The notes under the pieces are model-generated. The model had not been told where the DNA came from. It did no database searches and saw only the letters and a list, made by a program, of their open reading frames with translations. Positions 43,146 through 50,480 of a stretch of DNA of 64,000 bases are shown in pieces. The translations under genes and the position numbers were made by a program. The stretch comes from Acidobacteriota bacterium (GTDB lineage Bacteria; Acidobacteriota; Terriglobia; Bryobacterales; UBA6623): contig WGMB01000002.1 of the NCBI GenBank assembly GCA_016125275.1, positions 253,231 through 317,230 of the forward strand. The letters are read 5' to 3'. Position 1 is the first letter of the stretch; every line of letters begins with the position of its first letter.

Positions 43146-44656
43146 CGTTGCTGCTGTGTCTGCTGGCGCTGCCGGCGGCCGCGCAGCGCTCGCGCATCCC
43201 GCTCGAGCAGACTGCCGGCGGCACGGCCGGCGACCTCTGCTTCAAGGATGACGCCGGCAGCGAGGTCTGCTGGAGCATGCCGGACGGGACGTTCGGCAGC
43301 GGCCGCTGGATCTTGCCGCCGTCGGACATCGGCGGAGGCGGCTGCTTGACCACGGACGGGAGCCGCACTGTGACGGTGAGCGCCTGCAGCGGCGGAAGCG
43401 GCTCGGCCGGCTCCGACGGCGCCGTGCAGCTTTCCGACGGCATGGGCGGGTTCCGGACGGCGCTGATGATCCTGGACGATGTGACGCCACTGCTCTACGT
43501 CTCGGCCAGCCAGAGCTTCGGCACGCTTTCGGGCCGGTACTTTCAGGGGCTGGACAGCGGAGCGAACACGCGGAAATTCCTGTCGGTGGACGCCAACGAC
43601 AAGCTGCACCTGGGGCTGGAAAACGCCGTCGGCACGGGCACGGTCGTGCTGCACACTTTAGGCAACACAATCGAGCTGCCTGATTCGTTCGTCCCTCCGG
43701 ACGCCGCCGGGAACAACTTCCTCAAGTTCAACTCCAGCGGCAAGGCGACCTGGGATGCGATCGCCGGCGTCGACGTCAGCAATACGCTGTCGGGACTGAC
43801 GCCCCGCGGGACGATCAACTTCGATCAGAGTCTGCTGGCGACGGACAACGTCACCCGGATCGACGTAAAGATCGACCCGGCGGGCATCACGACTTACACG
43901 CGAGCGCAGGGCTTCGAGGGCGGCACGCGAGGCAAGGTGGGCGGCGGCGGGTCGGACAACGACGACCTGGGCGCCGGGCTCGACAGCGGAGCCAGCTACT
44001 CCCGCACTCCCTTCCGCCGGGCCTTCGTCCGCGAGTACGTGCAGGCGCTGCAGACGGTGTGGGCCCCGGCCACCACGGATATCTCGAGCTCGCCGCTCTA
44101 TTGGCGGGCGGGCTACATCGGCTCGGGCGTCTACGGCCTGAGCTGGGAGCGCAACGGCGTGCAGCTCGCCTACTGGGACGGCAACGGGTTCGAGTTCTAC
44201 AAGGACGTGAAGGCGCTCAGCGGCGCGTCGGTGGTCCACACGGCGACGACCACGGACCTGAGCACGCAGCTCACCACGCGGCTGCAGAAGCAGGCTAGCT
44301 CGACCAGCGGAGACGCGATCAAGCTCGAGGACGTCTTCGGCACGGTGTACCTGTCGGCCGGCTACAACAGCGGCGGCGTGGGCAACGGCGGCGTGCTGAC
44401 GGTACAGCGCGCCGGGCTGGAGACGGTGGGCATCTGGTCGACGGGCTCGGACGCGACGCGCGGGCTGTATGTCGGGGTGACCGGCAGCTCGAGCACGAAC
44501 CGGGTGGTCGGACCGCGGCTTTCGGCCGTGGCCGACGTGAGCGGGACGGCCGGCGGCACGTATACCTCGACCGAGCAGAGTCTGCTCAACAGCGTGAAGA
44601 CGCAGCTCAACCTGGTGCTGAGCCGGCTGCGCACGCACGGGCTGATTGCGCCCTAG
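43118..44656 (+). CDS. Tail-fibre-like protein with N-terminal signal peptide, 512 aa
   Basis: MPHGHFLRLALLLCLLALPAAAQ. Gly/Ser-rich fibre-like body. C-terminus ...EQSLLNSVKTQLNLVLSRLRTHGLIAP. Confidence 0.55.
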   Translation: MPHGHFLRLALLLCLLALPAAAQRSRIPLEQTAGGTAGDLCFKDDAGSEVCWSMPDGTFGSGRWILPPSDIGGGGCLTTDGSRTVTVSACSGGSGSAGSDGAVQLSDGMGGFRTALMILDDVTPLLYVSASQSFGTLSGRYFQGLDSGANTRKFLSVDANDKLHLGLENAVGTGTVVLHTLGNTIELPDSFVPPDAAGNNFLKFNSSGKATWDAIAGVDVSNTLSGLTPRGTINFDQSLLATDNVTRIDVKIDPAGITTYTRAQGFEGGTRGKVGGGGSDNDDLGAGLDSGASYSRTPFRRAFVREYVQALQTVWAPATTDISSSPLYWRAGYIGSGVYGLSWERNGVQLAYWDGNGFEFYKDVKALSGASVVHTATTTDLSTQLTTRLQKQASSTSGDAIKLEDVFGTVYLSAGYNSGGVGNGGVLTVQRAGLETVGIWSTGSDATRGLYVGVTGSSSTNRVVGPRLSAVADVSGTAGGTYTSTEQSLLNSVKTQLNLVLSRLRTHGLIAP

Positions 44657-44680
44657 GTTTCAGAAAAGGAGACGAACGCG

Positions 44681-44842
44681 ATGTACCTGGATTTCATGCT
44701 GTTCTGGCTGCTCAGCGGCCTCGGTTTCGTGGACCCTTCGTCCTGCACGGAGGGTCCGCTGGTCCGGCGCGGCGACTTCATGGCCCCGTCGTATGTGTGC
44801 GAGGTTCACGGGATGCCGTCGCCTTCGAGGCGTCGCCGATGA
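44681..44842 (+). CDS. Small membrane protein, 53 aa (holin-like candidate)
   Basis: AAAAGGAGA lies 7 nt upstream of the ATG. Sequence MYLDFMLFWLLSGLGFV... has one TM segment. The stop forms ATGA with the next gene. It falls below the ORF-track cutoff. Confidence 0.4.
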   Translation: MYLDFMLFWLLSGLGFVDPSSCTEGPLVRRGDFMAPSYVCEVHGMPSPSRRRR

Positions 44843-45246
44843 AGCGTCTCGCGGTCTTCCTGCTGGCGGCAATCGCGGCCGCGGCCGCGGCCGCGCCTCC
44901 GGAGCTCACGCAAGCCGAGCAGCTCGCATGGACGCGGCTGGTCTCGGCGCACCGGCAGGCGCTGCTGGAGTCGGCGGAGCTGGATCGGCTGCGCCTGCGC
45001 GCCGAGCTGGCCGCTCAGCAGGCGATGACGGAAGGGCTCGAAGCCGAGCACCAGGCGCTATTGCGTCGCCTGGCGCGGACGCTGGCCGCCCGAGCCACGC
45101 TGTACGAGCTGCAGCGGCGGCCGGCGGCCGACACGCTCGAAGCGCTGAAAGAGTTTGAGGCCGAGCGCCGCGGCGAGGAGCCTTGCCGGCTCACCGACGC
45201 CGCGGTGTGGCATTGCGACGAGGGGGGCTCGGCCGACCAGCAGTAA
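44839..45246 (+). CDS. Signal-anchored coiled-coil protein, 135 aa (i-spanin-like candidate)
   Basis: MKRLAVFLLAAIAAAAAAA, followed by long heptad-like helices (LESAELDRLRLRAELAAQQAMTEGLEAEHQALLRRL) and C-terminal Cys residues. Confidence 0.35.
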   Translation: MKRLAVFLLAAIAAAAAAAPPELTQAEQLAWTRLVSAHRQALLESAELDRLRLRAELAAQQAMTEGLEAEHQALLRRLARTLAARATLYELQRRPAADTLEALKEFEAERRGEEPCRLTDAAVWHCDEGGSADQQ

Positions 45247-45341
45247 CCCGCGCCACTCGCGACACACCGCACCCGGGGCGGAGCGCAACGGTCACACGAA
45301 GCGCCCGCCCTTCGTGCGTCCAGCCCCCAAAAACGCCCCAC

Positions 45342-45412
45342 TTTGCCACCAAGAGCCGCGCACTTTGCCACGCATCACCCGCCGCGTTTGCCACCGATCG
45401 CTGCCGGCACTA
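45342..45412 (-). promoter_or_regulatory. attR end: putative transposase binding sites R1 (45387-45394), R2 (45364-45371), R3 (45342-45349)
   Basis: TTTGCCAC on the + strand (GTGGCAAA on the minus strand), spaced 22-23 bp apart. R1 ends 18 nt from the terminus, mirroring L1. Confidence 0.6.
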
Positions 45413-45417
45413 GTAAG
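45413..45417. repeat. Right copy of 5-bp target-site duplication GTAAG
   Basis: Identical to 2108-2112. Confidence 0.85.
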
Positions 45418-46374
45418 GACAAGGCCAACCTGATGCGAGCCCTGCTCAAGGCCGTCGGCGTGGAATCCTACCCGGTGGCGATCTACTCCGGCGATCGGCG
45501 CTTCGTGCGCGAGCAGTGGCCGTCGCCGCAGCAGTTCAACCACGCCATCCTGGCCGTCCAGGCTCCCGAGGGCGCGGACCTGCCGGCCATCACAGAGGTC
45601 GAGGGGCTGGGGCGCCTTCTGTTTTTCGATCCCACCAGCCAATCGACGGCCTTCGGCTGGCTGCCCGAGCACGAGCAGGACAGTTGGGCGCTGCTGGTCG
45701 ACGCCGACAAGGGCCGCCTCGTCCGGGCCCCGTCTGTGGAGCCCGAGGCCAACCTGCTGCGCCGCACCATCGAGGCCCGCCTGACCGTGGACGGCGCCAT
45801 GGAGGCCAAGATTCGAGAGGTTGCCTCCGGCGCGGCAGCCGCGCACAACCGCTCCCTCTACAAGGAGATGACCGAGCCCGAGTACCGCCGGGTGATCGAG
45901 CGCTGGGTGGCTCGCGGAACCTCTTCGGCGCAGGTCGCCTCGATCCAGGTCGACGCCGCCGAGCCCGGATTTTCGCTCGACGTGGAGCTCAGCGCCCCGA
46001 GCTACGCCCAGTCGATGGCCGGCCGCCTGCTGGTCTTCAAGCCCGCTCTGGTCGAGCGGCGCGGCGGACTGTATTGGGACGAAGAAGACCGGGCCTATCC
46101 CGTGACCCTCGACGCCGACGCCTTCGAGGAGAGCGTGCGCTTCGACCTGCCCGAGGGCTTCCGGCTCGACGAGAAGCCGGAGGACATCGGCGTGGAGAAG
46201 GAGTTCGGCGAGTACACGGCGAGCTGGCGCCTGGAGGAGGGCCGGCTGCTGTTCCAGCGGCGGCTGCTGCTGCGCAACGCCGTGGTTCCGGCCGAGAGCT
46301 ACAACGAGATCCGGGAGTTCTTCAGCGCGGTGGTCTCCGCCGAGCAGGCGCCGGTGGTTCTGGTGAAGGAATAG
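45413..46374 (+). pseudogene. 3' fragment of the prophage-split transglutaminase-like gene (rest of TGase core + DUF3858-like C-domain)
   Basis: In-frame KDKANLMRALLKAVGVESYPVAIYSGDRRFV... continues the GDCK end of the 5' fragment. Homologous to paralog 1 (2..1114). Confidence 0.85.
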
Positions 46375-46426
46375 CGCAGACGGCGGGCGGAAAGCTGTTG
46401 GAAACGGCGCGGCGGTTGGCGGACAA

Positions 46427-48121
46427 TTGGCGGTGATTGGCGCCCCGCCGCCCGAGAGATCGATGCCCAGCCGCCTGATCGTGACGCAGACCGGAGCCCG
46501 AGCCGGCGAGCCGCCCCGTACGATCGAGCTGGGCCGCAAGGCCGTCACGCTGGGGCGTTCGCTCGAGAACGCTCTGCCCTACCCGGACGAGCGCGGTTTG
46601 TCGAGGACGCACGTCTCCTTCGAGCCCGACGGCGGACGCTGCCTGGTCCGCGATCTGGAGAGCCTGAACGGCACCTTCGTCAACGGGAAACGGCTGGCCG
46701 GCGCGCAGGAACTGCGCGACGGCGACCAGATCCAGGTCGCCAGCCTACAGATCCGCTTCTCGCAGGACGCGCCGACCCGGCCGGCGGAGGTGACGTTCGA
46801 AGCGCCCGCCACGGCTCACAGCGACGCGCCCGCGCAGGTCACCAACCTGCAAACCATCCTGTTCCGCTCCAAGCAGCCGACGCAGAGCGACGTGCCGGCA
46901 CTCGACAGCCGCCGCATGGCGGCCGAGGCCTTGCTGCGGGTAGGCCGCGAGCTGGCTCGCAACCAGCCGTTAGCCGAGCTGTTCGAGACGATCCTGCGGC
47001 TGGCCACCAGCGCCGTCGGCGCCGAGCGCGGCGTGCTGATCACCCTGCAGAACGGCAGGCCGACGGTGCAGGCCCGGCAGGGCACGGACTTCCGCATCAG
47101 CCATCGCGTGCGCGACCAGGTGCTCGACGAGAAGCTGTCGCTGCTGATTCGCGACGTGCAGGTGGACCCGAGCTGGGAGGCTCACCAAAGTCTGGTCGCC
47201 CAGGGCGTCCGCAGCCTGATGGCCGTCCCCTTGCAGACGGACGAGAAGGTGATCGGGATGCTCTATCTCGACTCGGCGGGCTCGAAGGGGAAGTTCGACG
47301 CGCACGACCTAGAGTTGCTGACGGTGATGGCCAACGTGGCGGCCATCCGCATCGAGCGCGAGCACCTGATCGAGGCCCAGCGGGCCGCCGAGATGCTCGA
47401 GCGGGAGCTGAGCCAGGCGGCGGAGATCCAGCGCCAGTGCCTGCCCGAAAAGCCTCCTGAGATGCCGGGTGCGGACCTCGCCGCCATCAGCCGGCCCTGC
47501 TACACCGTCGGCGGGGACTACTACGACTTTCTGCCCGCCAAGCGCGGCCGGCTGGGCCTGGTCGTAGCGGATGTGGCCGGCAAGGGCCTGTCGGCGGCGC
47601 TGCTGATGATGAACTTGCAGGCCCGCGTGCAGGTATTGGCCGCGGAGCTCGAGGACCCCTCGGCCGTGGTCGCCCGGCTCAACGAGATGCTGCTGCCGGT
47701 CTGTCCGGCCAACCGCTTCGTCACGCTGGTGTTCGGCTTCTTCGACCCCTCCACCGGCGAGATGCACTATTCCAACGCCGGCCACGAGCCGCCGCTGCTG
47801 GTGCGGGCCGCCGGCGGCGTGGAAACCCTGGCCGAGGGAGGCCCGGTGGTCGGCTTGCTGCCGAACTTGCAGTTTGCCACCGGCCGTTGCACGCTTACGC
47901 CCGGAGACGCCTTGGTCTTCTTCAGCGACGGGCTCACCGAGGCGCGCGGACCGGCCGGGGAGGAGTTCGGCCCGGAACGCATCGCGGCGGCCTTCCGGGA
48001 GGCCGGCCCAGGCTCGGCCTCCGAGCGCCTGCACGGCGTGGCACGGCGCGTGAGCGAGTGGCTGGGCGAGTCCACCTTCCACGACGACATGACCGTGGTG
48101 ACCTTGCTCCGCCCGAGCTGA
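46427..48121 (+). CDS. FHA-GAF-PP2C (SpoIIE-type) phosphatase (start possibly ATG 46463)
   Basis: FHA: LGRSLEN...GLSRTHVSF...VRDLESLNGTFVNGKRL. Central GAF-like region. PP2C: VGGDYYDF...VADVAGKG...FSDGLTEA. Confidence 0.75.
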   Translation: MAVIGAPPPERSMPSRLIVTQTGARAGEPPRTIELGRKAVTLGRSLENALPYPDERGLSRTHVSFEPDGGRCLVRDLESLNGTFVNGKRLAGAQELRDGDQIQVASLQIRFSQDAPTRPAEVTFEAPATAHSDAPAQVTNLQTILFRSKQPTQSDVPALDSRRMAAEALLRVGRELARNQPLAELFETILRLATSAVGAERGVLITLQNGRPTVQARQGTDFRISHRVRDQVLDEKLSLLIRDVQVDPSWEAHQSLVAQGVRSLMAVPLQTDEKVIGMLYLDSAGSKGKFDAHDLELLTVMANVAAIRIEREHLIEAQRAAEMLERELSQAAEIQRQCLPEKPPEMPGADLAAISRPCYTVGGDYYDFLPAKRGRLGLVVADVAGKGLSAALLMMNLQARVQVLAAELEDPSAVVARLNEMLLPVCPANRFVTLVFGFFDPSTGEMHYSNAGHEPPLLVRAAGGVETLAEGGPVVGLLPNLQFATGRCTLTPGDALVFFSDGLTEARGPAGEEFGPERIAAAFREAGPGSASERLHGVARRVSEWLGESTFHDDMTVVTLLRPS

Positions 48122-48208
48122 ACGGTCCTGCATCGGGCCCCGTCTTCTCCCGTCCGCATTCTTCCTTCAGCGCCTGGCTCGAGCGGCCGATAAGACCGCT
48201 CAGGAGCC

Positions 48209-49222
48209 ATGGCCCAAACCCAGACCCAGTCCACGCAGTTGCTCGAGGATCTGCCGCCGTTCCCCCCGGTGGCGGCGCGCCTGACGCAAGCCCTCGAGGC
48301 CAACGACGCCGACATCGGCGAGATCGTCGATCTGGTCGGCTCCGACCCGGCCCTGGCCGCGGACATCGTCCGCCGGGCCAACTCGCCCGCCTACGGTTTC
48401 GGCCGCCGCGTCGATAGCGTCCGCGAAGCGCTGGTGCTGTTGGGCTTTGCGGAACTGCACCGGCTCACCTTGGCGCGCGCCACGGCGGCGCTGGCCGGCG
48501 GCGCGCTGCACGCCTTCCCCGCCTTGCGGCGTTGCTGGCGCAATTCGCTGGCGGTGGCGGCGGTCGCCGAGCAACTGGCCGGCGTGGTCGGCCTCTCGGC
48601 GGATAAGGCCTATACAGCCGGTCTGCTGCACGACATCGGCCGCCTGGGGCTGCTGTCGATCTTCCCCACGCAGTACTCCGAACTGCTGCTGCGGGCCGCC
48701 CGCGAAGCTCCCCCGGACGATGTGGCTTACCTGCTCGACACCGAGCAGCTCATCTTCGGCATCGACCACTGCAGCGCCGGCCGGGTGCTGACCGAGCGCT
48801 GGGAGATGCCGGTCGAGATCCAGCAGGTGGCGGGCCGCCACCACGACCGCATTGAAGGCTCGGACTGGGGCTTCCTGGAGTTGATTCAGGGGGCCGTCAC
48901 GCTGGCTGAAGCGCTGGGCTTCGGGGCGCTCGACCGGGAAGCGCGGTTGACGATGGACAAGGCCCTGGAGCGCTTTCCGGACCTGCTGGCGCTCGAGGTA
49001 CGCATCCGCACCGACGACATCAAGGACCACGTCGACTCGCGCATCGCCAAGCTCGATGGAGACGTCACGGACTCTGCTGCGGAAGGCGGGGAGGCCGACG
49101 AGGCGCCGCCCGCCGAGGCCGAGGGGCGCAAGCAGCCCGAGGAGCCGATCTGGCTCATCGCGGCGGCCTGCGGGCTCGTCGTGGCCGCGATCGCGGCGGG
49201 AGCTCTGGCGTACTTCTACTGA
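48209..49222 (+). CDS. HDOD domain protein with C-terminal TM segment
   Basis: LPPFPPVAARL...IVDLVGSDPALAADIVRRANSPAYGF...REALVLLGF...GLLHDIGRL. Confidence 0.7.
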   Translation: MAQTQTQSTQLLEDLPPFPPVAARLTQALEANDADIGEIVDLVGSDPALAADIVRRANSPAYGFGRRVDSVREALVLLGFAELHRLTLARATAALAGGALHAFPALRRCWRNSLAVAAVAEQLAGVVGLSADKAYTAGLLHDIGRLGLLSIFPTQYSELLLRAAREAPPDDVAYLLDTEQLIFGIDHCSAGRVLTERWEMPVEIQQVAGRHHDRIEGSDWGFLELIQGAVTLAEALGFGALDREARLTMDKALERFPDLLALEVRIRTDDIKDHVDSRIAKLDGDVTDSAAEGGEADEAPPAEAEGRKQPEEPIWLIAAACGLVVAAIAAGALAYFY

Positions 49223-49776
49223 GCCCCGGCCGCGCGCAGCATCGGCTGCACGTAGCCGTCCCAGTCCTTGGAAGCCCGGAACCAGCGACCTTCCCGGCCG
49301 CCGCGCCACATCGTGTGATTGGTCTCGAAGGCCTTCTCTCCCGGCGCGGGCAGGTACACAAAGCCTTGCCCGGTCGCCGGATCGACCAGGTAGCGGACGA
49401 CGTAGACCAGAGCGGGGTCGCCGCCGTGGCAGCCGTAGTCCATGCGGTAGCAGCCCTCGAAGAAACGCGCCTCATAGCGAACGAGGCCTTCCGGCGGCGC
49501 CGGTGACGGGCCGGCTCGCCAGTCGATGATGAAGCCTTCAGTCTCCTCCACGCCCTCCGCGTAGGCGCCCGGGCCCGACCAGACGCTGAAGTCCCGCAAA
49601 GCGTCCCGGTTGGTGATGCTCACCGGTTCGGAGAGCCCGGAACCTTCCACGTCGATGCGGATGAGCTGATGCGCCGCCTGCAAGGGAAGAGCGGCCGGCA
49701 GGAATCCGGCGACGGCGATCGCCCAAAGAGAATTTCTCACGATAGAAAGTCCTCCCGTTGGGGTTAATTCGAACAT
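49216..49776 (-). CDS. Secreted hypothetical protein, 186 aa
   Basis: Signal-peptide-like N-terminus ...LWAIAVAGFLPAALPLQA. Protein-like composition. Confidence 0.55.
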   Translation of the reverse strand: MFELTPTGGLSIVRNSLWAIAVAGFLPAALPLQAAHQLIRIDVEGSGLSEPVSITNRDALRDFSVWSGPGAYAEGVEETEGFIIDWRAGPSPAPPEGLVRYEARFFEGCYRMDYGCHGGDPALVYVVRYLVDPATGQGFVYLPAPGEKAFETNHTMWRGGREGRWFRASKDWDGYVQPMLRAAGAQ

Positions 49777-49896
49777 CAGTCGACGCGATCGTCAACGATT
49801 TCAAACGCTTCCTCGAAACAGTCGCCCGTGTCAATCGTCTTTTTTCAGTAGAGCGGGGCGGCCACGTCGGCGTCCCCCTCGGGAGGATGAAATCCA

Positions 49897-50118
49897 ATGA
49901 CTCGTCGTATGTTGGCTACCTTCGCCTTTGCCTTGATGCTGGGCGGATCGCTCACTTCCACTGCGCTGGCGAAGTCGCACCCGCAGCACAGGACCCAGAC
50001 GCAGGACAGCAAGCAGATGCAGAAGGACGCCAAGGAGGCCAAGAAGGCCGCCAAGCACGCGAAACACTCGCACAAGGAGAACACGAAGACCACGGCCAAC
50101 GACACGCCCCGCAAGTAG
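49897..50118 (+). CDS. Small secreted Lys/His-rich protein, 73 aa
   Basis: GGGAGGATGAAATCCA upstream of the ATG. Signal peptide MTRRMLATFAFALMLGGSLTSTALA. Confidence 0.5.
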   Translation: MTRRMLATFAFALMLGGSLTSTALAKSHPQHRTQTQDSKQMQKDAKEAKKAAKHAKHSHKENTKTTANDTPRK

Positions 50119-50320
50119 GCAGGACTAGCAGCGTCTCGAATAGGGGGCAAAGATCCCCCGAAGTGATAGAAACAACCCGGTATCCCCCGGCGTCTACGCG
50201 GATAGGGAGCCCAAGGTCGGCTCCGCGCTCGGCGCGCTTGCTCAGAGGCTTCGTCCATGGCTGAGCCGCGAGCGCACCAATGGCCGCAGTTGGACGACGG
50301 ATTAGCGAGGAGAAATACTC

Positions 50321-50404
50321 ATGGCCAAATCGAAAGACGCGAAGAAGGAAGTCAAGAAGCCTGCCGCTTCCAAGGACGCCAAGAAGCCGTCGCCCAAGAA
50401 GTAG
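50321..50404 (+). CDS. Lys-rich micro-ORF, 27 aa
   Basis: GAGGAG lies 8 nt upstream. Sequence MAKSKDAKKEVKKPAASKDAKKPSPKK. Followed by a strong terminator hairpin. Confidence 0.3.
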   Translation: MAKSKDAKKEVKKPAASKDAKKPSPKK

Positions 50405-50425
50405 GTCCATTCTCGGTTTCGAAAG

Positions 50426-50466
50426 CGCCGCCCGTCGGGGGTGTCCCCGGCGGGCGGCGTTCGTAT
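50426..50466 (+). terminator. GC-rich hairpin terminator
   Basis: CGCCGCCCGTCGGGG-GTGT-CCCCGGCGGGCGGCG (15-bp stem, one G-U), followed by TTCGTAT. Confidence 0.5.
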
Positions 50467-50480
50467 ATCATGCCCGGGTG

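Larger units (their letters stand above)
2113..45412 (+). mobile_element. Mu-like transposable prophage (siphovirus-type tail), apparently complete, 43,300 bp
   Basis: 5-bp TSD. Imperfect terminal inverted repeats (TAGnnnnGGCAGnnnnnGGTGGCAAA at both ends). DDE transposase plus MuB-like ATPase plus Gam/GemA-like early genes. Mu-type head module (DUF3486 TerS, TerL, DUF935 portal, MuF, I-like scaffold). Confidence 0.9.

Noticed and set aside
33345-44656. Diversity-generating retroelement or shufflon acting on the fibre genes.
   Set aside because: No reverse transcriptase or invertase gene is present in the prophage. I saw no template/variable repeat pair. The only shared stretch between the fibre genes is the 27-nt signal-peptide segment.
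50280-50480. N-terminal 67-aa extension of the sulfatase ORF as given in the track.
   Set aside because: The extension is Arg/Ser/Pro-rich and spans a terminator hairpin. The ATG at 50481 is followed immediately by a canonical signal peptide.
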